Of a stretch of 64,000 nucleotides of DNA, positions 13,739 to 24,567 are shown piece by piece; within the stretch, counting starts at the first letter, position 1, and each line of letters begins with the position of its first letter. The stretch covers positions 620,001 to 684,000 of the forward strand of contig NW_019028980.1 of the NCBI RefSeq assembly GCF_002105155.1, written 5' to 3'. The position numbers were made by a program, and so were the translations under genes. The stretch comes from Lobosporangium transversale (Eukaryota). The notes beneath the pieces were generated by a model. The model did no database searches and was not told the DNA's origin. It saw only the letters and a list, made by a program, of their open reading frames with translations.

Positions 13739-13884
13739 AGTGCAGAGAGCTGTTATATTAGTAGGGTTGAGATAACTGGAGTTTTTGTACAAATAAGTTT
13801 TCTCCAGTATGAAGAAAAGAGAGCACACACTCGTCCTCATTTCAATATTTTTTTTTTTTTTTGCAACAGTCAATAAATTTCAAT

Positions 13885-14370
13885 TCAGCAACCATCAACT
13901 CTATTCTTTCCCTTGCAGCATGTGCAACTAGCAACTGGATGTGATGGCGACAGAGAGTTAAGAGAATCTACAACTTTCTCTACCCGTATGCGCATAGTCT
14001 TATACTTCTCTGATTGCTTGCGCAACTTAGTATACGTCTTGTAGAGGCGTTCATACCTCTTAGCCCATGCGAATTCTCTTTGGAGGCGGCTCTTCGCGGA
14101 ATCATCGCCACTCTCCGCTATCAAACGGCTTCTCTTCCCGAGAGTCGTGCACACTCCACAGCTTGACAATTCTGCTTTCAACAACAAGAAGTTTTTCTTA
14201 TTTTTCCTCAAGGCCTTTAGACAAGACGCCAAAAACCCTACATAAAATTTGGGGGGAGTTGTTACGTCCCGAGGCTAGGGAGTGTACCCAAATGGAGCAC
14301 TCCCCTTTTTATTCATAGATCAGAGCAGTTAGTGAACAACTTTTGATCTCCTTGACTTCCGACTTACCAT
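13885..14370 (-). CDS. Putative spliced antisense accessory gene of the retrotransposon (about 130 aa, basic, Cys/His-rich)
   Basis: On the minus strand: ATG (14370-14368), then GTAAGT donor, CACTAAC branch site and CTAG acceptor (intron 14367..14275). The 390-nt second exon is in frame to TGA at 13885. Confidence 0.55.
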
Positions 14371-14639
14371 AAAATATTTCAAATTCTATTCACCAATAGG
14401 AGCTTCTATCCCCGAGCTTGAACATGCCTCAGGAGAGAGGTGGAGCTGTGGATAATGAGATCTTCAAAAATGCTCTATTAGGGGAAATTAAGGATCTTTA
14501 TTTTTTCTTTTTGAAAGTTATAACTAATGCCACAGTGTCAGAGACAGAAACGCTTGTACTTATGGGTCGTGCACTTATAGGTTGTGCACTTATAGAAAGA
14601 CTTTTAAGAATAAATAATTTACTAAAACCAATAATGACA
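14260..14639 (+). repeat. Putative 3' LTR (about 380 bp; right end uncertain)
   Basis: Begins TGTTA one base after the polypurine tract. Contains a 3x15-bp tandem repeat (14555-14599) and AATAAA (14609-14614). Candidate end TGACA at 14635-14639. Confidence 0.6.
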
Positions 14640-14710
14640 GCAAAGTCGCCCAGAGGAAGAGCGCTGGGCTCATAACCCAGAGGTCGGTGGATCGAAACCA
14701 CCCTTTGCTA
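14639..14710 (+). tRNA. tRNA-iMet (initiator, anticodon CAT)
   Basis: 72-nt cloverleaf: AGCAAAG/CTTTGCT acceptor stem with A1-U72, anticodon arm CTGGG-CTCATAA-CCCAG, T-loop GATCGAAA (A54, initiator hallmark), and downstream T-runs as Pol III terminator. Confidence 0.96.
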
Positions 14711-15383
14711 CAACTTTTGTCAGTACTTTTTCATTATCTTCTTGATAGCATTGTTAGTCGCTTTTTTTTTTTTTTTTTTTTTTTTTTCCTGGTGATCTTT
14801 TTTCTTATCTCCATTATATTTATTTATAAGTTTGTCTTGAAGCTGAAAAATCTATCTAGTCCTTTTCTTCTTTTGATGCGTGTCCAAGGTGGTGCACATG
14901 GCTCATTTGTCCGATGGCCAAGATAGGAATCTTACAAAACCTCTAAGCTCTAACGATATATGACCAAAACACGGTATTGGATGACAAAGCATGCGATTGC
15001 AGAATAGTGCCTTGAACGATCTTGTATATATTCATTAAAAAGTTGGACTCCAAATCATATAAAGTCTCTATATTTTTTGAATTAAAATAAATAGATATTA
15101 GTTGGTCAAGTGCGCTGTTATGCTGTGCATTTTTATGCGTATAATACATTAATACATTTGTATATAATTGCTCAAAAGTCAAAACTAAACGCGAATCGAG
15201 AATAAATAATAATAAAGATAGAGACTGAATTGGAGAAGTTTCTACTTTAACAAAAAAGAAGGCAGAAGGCAACGGAAATTATATAACGCATCGAATCTTA
15301 TTATGCGCTTAACAAAGACTAAAAAGAATTGGAGTTGTACCAATGTGGGGTTTGGAGCAAGTACACGTTGACAATTGGCTATT

Positions 15384-15428
<45 letters not shown>

Positions 15429-15551
15429 CAACTATAAAAGATAATGTTTCTTGAGCATTCGGAATTTTCTATCTCTTTCTTCTTTCCCCCACATCACACT
15501 CCTCAATCGACTTAATTTCCTCTTCCCTCGACAGACGTTTCATCATTTAAA

Positions 15552-15661
15552 ATGGTATGTCAAACAACACTTTGTTCTATTCATAAAGCATAGAAGAGTG
15601 CTGAAGGTTCCTTATTATTTTATTTATTAATATAATATATATGAATGTACATGTACATTCG

Positions 15662-15694
<33 letters not shown>

Positions 15695-15966
15695 AAATGA
15701 AGGCAACACCACAGCAAAATATCAATTTTACACCAGAGGAACTCGCTAAGTTTAAGGAGGCATTCACATCATACGACAAGGACAAGAACGGTCGCATTGC
15801 GACGGACGAGCTCAAGCAGCTTGCTGCATCTGTAGGCCAAGAAGCAAGTGATGAGGAGCTGGGCTTTGTAATCAAGGCATTTGATACCAATGGGGATGGC
15901 GAACTCGACTTTGATGAATTCCTGGGTCTCCTAGCAACACTTCGCTCAGCATCACGCGACTTTTAA
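15552..15966 (+). CDS. Small calmodulin-like protein with two EF hands (about 88 aa)
   Basis: ATG|GTATGT at 15552; intron 15555..15702; loops DKDKNGRIATDE and DTNGDGELDFDE; CaM-like N-terminus FTPEELAKFKEAF. Confidence 0.85.
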
Positions 15967-16582
15967 AAAAAAAAAAATACAAATACGTGGCCTGAATGGT
16001 CGATGACAAAATGAGATGTAGCAATAAAGAAACATGGTAGTGGGTTACTCTGATTGATTTCTTGATATCCTGGACGACTTTCTGTACTGTGGACACGTTT
16101 ACATGTTATTGCCGTTATCGTGCTTTACTTTTTCCTTCCCACCCTTTCCACCCTTTTCACCTGATTTATCACGCAGCCTTGCAATTGTGGTACTTATGGG
16201 AGCCTTTTGATGACGACATTGACCTGAAGCGGAATCAGGGCTCTTCTGAGACAGGCACAGCGGGATGACAGGGTGAAATTGCAGTTTTATTGTCATTTCG
16301 AGTATCCTATTTATATTTTACGTCCTAAATTGAAGCAGAGCAGGGTAATTTTTTTATGATCGGACTCGGCTGTTGCACTTTTTTGCTTTTGTCGTCATTG
16401 GAAGGGAATGGGAATAAAAGACTCTTAGGCGGATAAATTATAGTATCATGTCTTTCTTCCCTCTCTCTTTCTCTCTTGGCAACAACTTACTCCATCCATA
16501 ATACATCAGTGGCCTTCATTTCTTCAATTAACATCTCAACAGCAGAAAGTAGCTGAATTCACAACAAACAAGTGGAGCCAGA

Positions 16583-17922
16583 ATGCCTTCTATTGAAAAA
16601 AAGTATAATGACTGGCGTACAGAGTATGTGCGTGCCTGGGTGACATGTTTTACATTGATTACAACAAAAAAGGCGAAGTTGAACAAAAGAATGCAATTAC
16701 TTGTTCTGAAGGTAACTAAATAGAAAAAGCGAAAAGTAAAATTAACCTTTGCAATTATTCCTCTCTCCCTAACATTTTTTTTTCTTTTTTTTTTTTTTGC
16801 TCTTGGGAATAATAATTAAAAGCCATTGGATATGGAATGCTAATATCTGTTCTAATGCGCAATCAGCAGGATTTTGATGGACTCTTGCGCTGGTTCCTTC
16901 ACTTAAAAACGCCAATGGGCTTTGTGCATGGCAGCAGATTGATGATAAGCATCACCGTACTTACAAAAACGCTCCAGAAGGAGGCGAAAAACTCTGCGAC
17001 CGATGGCGACATTGACATTGCCACGTCATTATTCTACGCCGCTAAAGTTTGGGGTCGCTCTCCCTTGTGGGCGCTATGATTATCGTCAGATTGCCATTCC
17101 CCTCTGTAAGGCGATCTGGGACCACGAAATCAACCATTATACATTCATGCCTACATTGGGAGATTGGGTCAAAGTGCCTGAGCCACCCAAGGTGTCTGCA
17201 TTTGGTTATTCAGGCGGTGCCTCAGTTGGAGAGGAAAATGCATACGCCAGAAGTAACACGGCCCTCAGACTTTATTCTGTCAGGATTCCTAACCTTCTAT
17301 AATGAGGACCCCGAGCGTTCACCACAATGGGCTAAAGTCATGGATGCTATCATCACAAATGTACAACATCAATTAAGCCTGAATCCTACTGGCCTGATTG
17401 CAGACTTTTTAAAGCTTTCAACGAACGGATACTATGAGCCAGCAGCACATAAAGTCCTGGAAAGTGACAATGACAAAGACTTTAATTGGAACTCGTGCCG
17501 TGTCCCGTAAGTTTATTTACAGAATACGATGGTGTTGGATTTGAAAAAAGAAAAAAAAAAACACTAATTTATAAATCATTGTTTTTTCTTTTTTTTTTTT
17601 TTATAGGTGGCGATTGTCAGTTTATTATTTGTTGACACACGATCCTCGCATTTGTCCCACATTGATGGCGCAATCATCATTTTTTGGATCACTCTCCGAA
17701 GTGTGCGCAGGATACCATTTGAATGGTCATAAGATTCACGATCGCAATTACTGCGATATGTCTTTTACTGCTCCAGCATCCCTCGTGATGTGGACGATGC
17801 GCCATCCTAACCAAACGCGGCTCCAGGATCAGATGGAAAACCTTGAGTCTGATAGATCATATTTTGGTGACTCTATCCAGATGCTGTGTCTCTTGCAGGC
17901 AAGAAACCCTACAGGATTCTGA
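16583..17922 (+). CDS. Glycoside hydrolase family 8 (chitosanase/glucanase-like), 2 introns; several frameshifts (assembly error or pseudogene)
   Basis: Reconstructed motifs TCSEAIGYGML, DFDGL, NSATDGDIDIA, TRPSDF, TGLIADF, WNSCRVPWR, YFGDSI match GH8 signatures. Confidence 0.8.
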
Positions 17923-18248
17923 AAAGAAAGAAGACAATAAAATTATTGATAGTGATAAATATATATATTTGTAGTAGTCTGATATTTTGAAAGAGTTAAT
18001 AGAATTGAATTAATTGAATCATAAATGTACTCAATAATATGGCCTGGGTAAATGAGAGCAGTCTGTGATTATGACTCTTTCCTTGATACAAACTGATCTT
18101 TTTTTTTTTTTCCTCCCTTCTCATTCCTATTTGCTAACAACATCTCATTTCTGGACTTTACATTCCTTTCTTCCCTTCACTTTTCTCTCGCTTAAGCTCT
18201 GAGTAAATGGCCTCGATAGAGAACAATAATAACAACTTAACCAGGGTT

Positions 18249-18402
18249 ATGTTTTCGTTCCACTCACACTCAGGACAGTTTGTATGCATGCCAAGGGTAC
18301 GCTTGAGCAAGTTGTTCAGTCGGCGATCCAGCGTGGATTCACAATCTATGGCCTCTCCGAGCATATGCCTCGTTATCGTCCTGATCAGCTTTATCCTGAA
18401 GA

Positions 18403-18435
<33 letters not shown>

Positions 18436-19594
18436 ATCTTGTCGTCTTCGATCAATACAAAACGAAACGTATACGACTAAAATATTGACTTATTTTTATT
18501 TTTTTGCTTTCAAGTCCCATTTGACAACTCAAGATCTAGAAAGGATGTATGACCAGTTCTTACAGGAGGCTGTGCGTCTTCAACAGAAATACAAGGATCA
18601 GATTTGTCTCCTAATCGGCCTTGAAACCGAATACTTTGGACCTGAATCTATTGAGTATGTTCGGAATCTTCGACAACCTTATCGACAGACCTTATTTGGC
18701 CCCACAGATACTTCATCTTCTACAACTACAGCTACAGCTACAGCTACAACATTAACAACGGCTGGTACTGTTCCTCCACCAATCACATTGCCGCAGGTAC
18801 AATATATTGTGGGTTCATTGCACCATATCCATGGAATCCCATTGGATTTCTCACAGGAATTGTATCTCGAGGCACTGGAGAAAGTGGGTCATGGATCATG
18901 GCAAGTCTTGTTCCGAGAATATTTTGATGCACAGTTTCAAATGCTTCAAGGACTTCAGCCGGAAGTTGTGGGACATTTGGATCTGGTGCGCATCTTTTTT
19001 AGTGCCATTAATGGATGTCATCATCATCAGGGTAAAGATCAAAATAAAAGTCAGGAACAACATGAACAAGAAACAGCCAGGCAGAACCAAAACAAACTAA
19101 CACCAGATCTTTGGGAACTTGTGAGACGCAACGTTGACTATGTAGTCGGTTATGGCGGACTGTTTGAGCTTAATTCACGAGCTTGGAAGAAAGGGCTTGC
19201 GGATGCCTATCCTCAGCGGGACATTCTCGAAGTATTTTTTTTTTTTTTTTTTTTTTTTTTACAAGTTGTATCAACATTTCCAATGTGTGCGCACTATAGT
19301 TTCTAAGTCTATTTTTTACTGTTTCTTTTCTTTTAGCATATCCTCTCAAAAGGAGGAAGGATTACACTCTCGGACGATTCTCATGGACCCGACGATGTCG
19401 GTATGTTCTACAACCCAAACTTGAAGGCATACCTTGAGCAGATGAAAATCGACCAGGTGTATTACCTCGCTCCCAATGACAGTGAGGATATCTATACTGA
19501 ACATGCTTCACAGGGGGCAAAAGTAAATGAATCTTTCCAACATGTCCATGTCCGCTCAATACCTTTAGCTTCATTGAAGTTTTACGAAAATTAG
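18249..19594 (+). CDS. HIS2: Histidinol-phosphatase, PHP family
   Basis: HSHSGQF(C)MHAKG, GLSEHMPR, GLETE, VGSLHH, VVGHLDL, FELNS, LSDDSHG. Two GT-AG introns; one apparent 1-nt frameshift near 18280. Confidence 0.88.
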
Positions 19595-19821
19595 AATAGG
19601 ACATGTAAAAAAAAGAAAAACATTAAGGAAGAAATATGAGATTAGTCTTTTTTTTTTTTTTTTTTTTTTTTTACTTATGATTTTTCTCTTAAAGTAAAAT
19701 AGTCTAGTATGGTTATATGTATAAAAAGAAATAGGAGACGGCCACCATTGCACTTCACATATTCAATCTTGAAGTAAAAGGTAGTAGCAACATTGACAAC
19801 AATAACAATAAAAACAAAAAG

Positions 19822-21943
19822 TTAGCGAAGCATGGCTCCCATCAAGACAGGATTCTCGATCATAGTCTTCCAGAGTGCATTAAGGCGGGCTATAGTAGCC
19901 CCATCAATGACACGGTGATCGGCGCTCCAACTGACATTGACAATTTGCTGTGCAACCACGCGCTCAACCATCTTGCCATCCTCCTCAATCATCTTGAAGC
20001 GAGGCAAACGCTGCATGTTGCCAATGGCAGCGATTGCCACCTCAGATGTGACAATTATAGGATGCAAATAGGTACCCCCGATACTGCCAACGTTGGACAG
20101 AGACACGGTGCCGTCCTTAAGATCGGCTAAGGGAATGGCGTTTTTCTTGCCAAGTTCTTGCAGCCTAGTTAATTCAGATGCAATTTCAAGCACAGACAGA
20201 TTCTGAACGTTTTTGATGTTGGGGACGATCAAGCCGCCGGGAGTATCCATAGCAATTCCAATGTTGTGAGATGCACGGTACTTAAGCTTGGCAGTGGAGG
20301 GATCTTCACCATCAATAACACAGGCATTCATGATAGGGTACTCTTCCAAGGCAATCGAAAGGGCCTTGATGATGATAGGCATGTATGAAATCTTCTCAAA
20401 GTTGTACTTCTCGGGCGACTTGGCCACGTAATCATTCAGTGCACGTCGGAAGGCAATGGCGTTATCAAGAATGATTTCATCAGCGAATCCGACATGAGGG
20501 ATCGATAGAGACTTGGTCATCTGCTTGAACATGGCCTTTTGGATCTTGCTCAATGGAGCAATCTCATCCTCCCCAACAGGCCTATGAGCCTTGACAGGGG
20601 AAACGGTAGCTATGGATGCGCTAGAGGTCTTTGGAGCAGCTATATGGATGAAGTGAAGGCAATGATCAATTCCAGATTAGGTTCAACTGTTCTACTGTTA
20701 CTTTTCGGAATATTTTTAAACACAGCGCAGGTTTCATTAGGCAGTAAAGAAAAGAATGTTTACCAGCTGACTGTTGTCCGTTAGCAAGGTATGCTAAAAC
20801 ATCCTCCTTCATAACACGACCACTCTTACCGGTTCCTTTAATAAGACTAATGTCAATACTGTTCTCCTTGGCAACACGACGGACCGCGGGGGTAGCAAAG
20901 GTCAAAATGTGCTCAGCAGTAGGAGCCTCAGCCTTGGTAGCCTCAACCTTGGGAGCCTCAACCTTTCCCGGAGGAGAGTCCATCATGGCGGCCACCGCAT
21001 TCATGTCCTGAATGACGTTTGAATGGCCTCTCAAGCCATCCTCAGGTGCCGTAGTGGGAGGAGTCGATGTAGAAGTAGCGTCAGGAGCAGCAATGGGTTC
21101 TTCTACAGCAGCACCGTCATTAGTCTCGATTTCGACCAAGGGTGATCCAACCTTTGCCATGTCTCCAACCTTATATTTGAGAGAGGCAATGGTTCCAGTG
21201 AACCGGGATGTAATCTCGACAGATGCCTTGTCTGACTGAACCTCACAAAGCCTATCAAACTCTTCAACTTTGTCACCAGCCTTTACAAACCTAATAGTCA
21301 GCAAAATAAGTAGAGAGTTAATTGGCGAAATAAGTATACCAGCCTACAGCGCGTATGCTCCAATATTTTTCAGTAAGGAAGGTCATAATGCAAGAAGAGT
21401 AGGGAACAACAGATGTTCACAGATACGTTACCATTGGATGACTTCACACTCTGTGATACCCTCTCCAATATCTGCCAATAAAAAGGGGACTTTGGCATTT
21501 GCTAAAGCTGAGGCGTGAAATCTATGGATATGATTAATGCTGAAGTTGGCTCTTGGCTGACGAACTGCCTTAATGCAAAGAGTAGTGGCGGCCTATGAAG
21601 GTTTGAAATATATATTTTGAAAAAAAAAAAAAAAAAAAAAAAATTAAGGACCATCAATCACTTCATCCTTTAGTATCATGAGCCCTTTTGTTTTAGCTCC
21701 TCACTTTTATTTTGTTATCATTACCTTGGTTGCAATTGAGTATTTTAACCTCTGTCCAGAGATCATTCGGGCAGTGGAGATATATGTAGACTGGCCAACC
21801 TAGCTCAGTCCGTAAAGGAATATACATACTTTGTGTGAGTATCGATTAGAAAAAAGCTAGGGCAGAAGTGTACTGTGTTGTACTTTTTTTTGTCTTACCT
21901 TTGACCTGAGAACATTGAGTGAAGAACGAGATGCAGAAAACAT
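19822..21943 (-). CDS. DBT: Branched-chain alpha-ketoacid dehydrogenase E2 (dihydrolipoamide acyltransferase), mitochondrial, multi-exon
   Basis: LADIGEGITEC, lipoyl motif CEVQSDKASVEITSRF, E3-binding ATPAVRR...GRV.KEDV, catalytic SADHRVIDGA. Presequence-like start MFSASRSSLNVLRSK at 21943. Confidence 0.92.
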
Positions 21944-22856
21944 TGTCTATTTCTTCTATGTTCGACTACTAATGAAGATTGTAGTAAAATGGGGGTCAGC
22001 GGTAGCAACTATCTGTGCATTCTGGAAACAAAAGCCAGCATGGACACTTTTTTGTTTTTTTTTTTGAAGATCTGAAAAAAGTGGTACAAATGAGCTTACA
22101 TGATTAGTGAGAGTAGATGTAGATGAGTGGAGAGGATGAAAGCAATGGTAATGACCAAAAGCGAGGGAGAGGGGAGAGATAGATGTGAAAGAAAGATGAA
22201 GGGGTGAAGGTGCAGAAAGTGAGAGTAAGAGTGAAAGAAAGAAAAAGGAAGTGGGGTAGAGAGCGTGAGAGTAAAATAAATAAAAGTGGGAGCTGAGAAA
22301 GAATTGTGTGTGGGAGAACAGGGACACTATTCAGAAAATTCTCACGATAAGGACAGGAACTAACTCTTTGCTCCAATGATGCAATTCTCTTTACTTCCTG
22401 TAACAATAAGTCACTGTTTAGTCTTCCTCTTCCTTTGTGCATCCAAGAAACATCCAATCCTTTGCATCAGTTACCTGAGTTTACTTGGCGGCTCTTCATC
22501 CCCATCCAAATCATTAACTTTTCTTTTCTTTTTTATAGGTGTCAACGCAGCTTCTAGTTGAACAATGTTTTGCGCAACGCCTTTACGAAAGTCCTCCCTT
22601 TTTCAGTTTGTTAGCAGACGCGTGAATTACCTAGTCCAAGTCTCTCGTCCAAGACTTCCCGCTCTATAGCTAGCCACAGTCCTTGGACCCTCGGTAAATG
22701 AGTACCCCTAGCTTGTTTTCTCATCACCCTCACTGGTGTGGAGCGCGAGGTTTACCACCATGCCCCCTTGCTATTGCAAAGATTAATGGTAAGGCGTGTC
22801 TGTCCGGCGGTAGCGTTGGATATATTTTTTAGAATCTTTACAGGTTCTACGACAAT

Positions 22857-23131
22857 ATTTCAACACTATGCAGATTATTCGATATCGCTAGAAAGCTCTG
22901 TATAGCATAGTTGTCGGTGGCACCGGGCTTCCCAACGAACGCTAGCAGTGTCTGTTAGGTCGTGTTTAGTCACTCTACCTGCGCCTTTGACGTTTTTCAA
23001 AGTCAAATGTGATGTGTCCTTTGACGATCAATGGTTGGGTTTTTTGCGAATCTCAACACTGTGCAGATCCTTCGATATTGCTAGAAGCTCTGTCCAGCAT
23101 GGCTGTCATTGGTAGCTGGTATTCTGACGAA
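22857..23131. repeat. Imperfect direct repeat of about 80 bp (copies near 22857-22940 and 23050-23131)
   Basis: TCAACACTATGCAGATTATTCGATATCGCTAGAAAGCTCTGTATAGCAT versus TCAACACTGTGCAGATCCTTCGATATTGCTAGAAGCTCTGTCCAGCAT. Confidence 0.8.
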
Positions 23132-23275
23132 GTCGAGCGGGACTCTGTCGGATGTTGAGACTTTTCACAAAATCTATCTATAGGAGTGGTGCGCTGTATT
23201 TCGAATTTATTACTATCATCTGTATCTCATTTTCGATTGTAGATATTCTATCATGTCATCCAAGCCGACTAGACC

Positions 23276-23666
23276 ATGACGCCAAGATCTAAAGGGTCTT
23301 ACGCGTGGCCATACCTGAATTCATGCGCCCGGCCTGATGACTTTGAGTATCAATCATTTTTGACCTGGACGGAAAAAGATAATTTGAGCAAGGTCAGCGC
23401 ACGAGCAGAATGGAGGAATGCAATAGCATGGATGCAAGAGAGCAGCCTATAGACGCTAAAGGAGACGGCAGTTAGACTGGAGAGAGCATGGAGTAAGAAT
23501 CTTCATAAGGACTTTGAGAGTAGGCATTTCACCAGTCAATTGTCCAAACGGAAGCTGGAGAACGATCGTCAACTTCTGCATCGAGCGGTGGATAGTGTTC
23601 TCACAAAACGGTGCCGACTTGAGTACAGGGAAGAAGAGGAAGCTCTTGATTCGGCTCTGTCATCAG
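23276..23666 (+). pseudogene. Remnant of an unknown helical protein gene
   Basis: 130 codons from ATG 23276 with a single in-frame TAG (23450-23452), ending at a GT donor; protein-like composition (MTPRSKGSYAWPYLN...). Confidence 0.45.
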
Positions 23667-23967
23667 GTATTTGAGTATATATTTGGCATACAGCTAAATG
23701 CAGAGTTCACTCCTGAAATAATGTCCGCACACCCAGCCAAGACATCACACTTGCTAAAAGAATAAAACACTGTTTTGCTTTGTAAATTTGTATTCACACG
23801 TATTTGATGATGAATGAGGCACCGAAAGACTCCGTATGCTGCATTTTTTAAATCTATCACTCGTGCATCATTGACTTCAATAGGTGGATTTTGATGCGCG
23901 AAGCATGCTAGACCACCCCTTAAGAACACCACCAGAGTGAGAGAAAAAAAAGATGTTGCCCATACGA

Positions 23968-24370
23968 ACAAATATCTCTACAACAAATTGGCTTAATCTC
24001 AGCTGATCGTAGCAACAAGGCTACTCTACAGCTTACAATACCCCGTTCAATTAAAGTCGTCTGCAATGGATTTATCTTTTTCCAATATTTGAAATTAACA
24101 GTAGCAGGAACCTCATGAAGCCTTTCCGCTCCACCAGATGACCCTGCATAGCATGATTCAGGAGCCGAAGCTCTATTCGTATTCAACTAAAAATCGGAAA
24201 AGGCGGTAATCGTCGCGTTCTAGCACGGATTCTGACTTAGAGGCGTTCAGCCATAATCCAACGGATGATAGCTTCGGGCCATTACCTGCTCAGGCAGGCC
24301 CAAATACCAATTATCCGAATGAACGGTTCCTCTCGTACTAAGTTCAATTACTATTGCAACAACATTTCAT

Positions 24371-24425
<55 letters not shown>

Positions 24426-24543
24426 ATTAGTGGGTGAACAATTCAACGCTTACTGAATTCTGCTTCAGTATGATAGGAAGAGCCGACATCGAAGGACCAA
24501 AAAGCAACGTCGCTATGAACGCTTGGCTGCCACAAGCCAGTTA
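23968..24543 (-). rRNA. Dispersed 3'-terminal fragment of 28S (LSU) rRNA, about 575 nt, pseudogenic
   Basis: Minus strand reads TAACTGGCTTGTGGCAGCCAAGCG..., GAGCTGGGTTTAGACCGTCGTGAGACAGG, sarcin-ricin loop AGTACGAGAGG, and the 3' end GTAGAGTAGCCTTGTTGCTACGATC...ATTTGT. It has substitutions at normally conserved sites, and no 18S/5.8S sequence is nearby. Confidence 0.95.
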
Positions 24544-24567
24544 TTATTATTATTATTATTATTATTA
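24541..24567. repeat. (TTA)9 microsatellite at the 5' junction of the 28S fragment
   Basis: Direct reading. Confidence 0.95.

Larger units (their letters stand above)
8759..14639 (+). mobile_element. Ty3/Gypsy chromovirus-type LTR retrotransposon, decayed; 5' boundary uncertain and no recognisable 5' LTR
   Basis: Domain order gag-PR-RT-RNaseH-IN-chromodomain, then polypurine tract GGGGGGAG (14251-14258) and a TG-started LTR-like segment. Confidence 0.88.

Noticed and set aside
14943..15272. 109-aa minus-strand ORF
   Set aside because: AT-rich, non-ATG start, no motif; likely chance.
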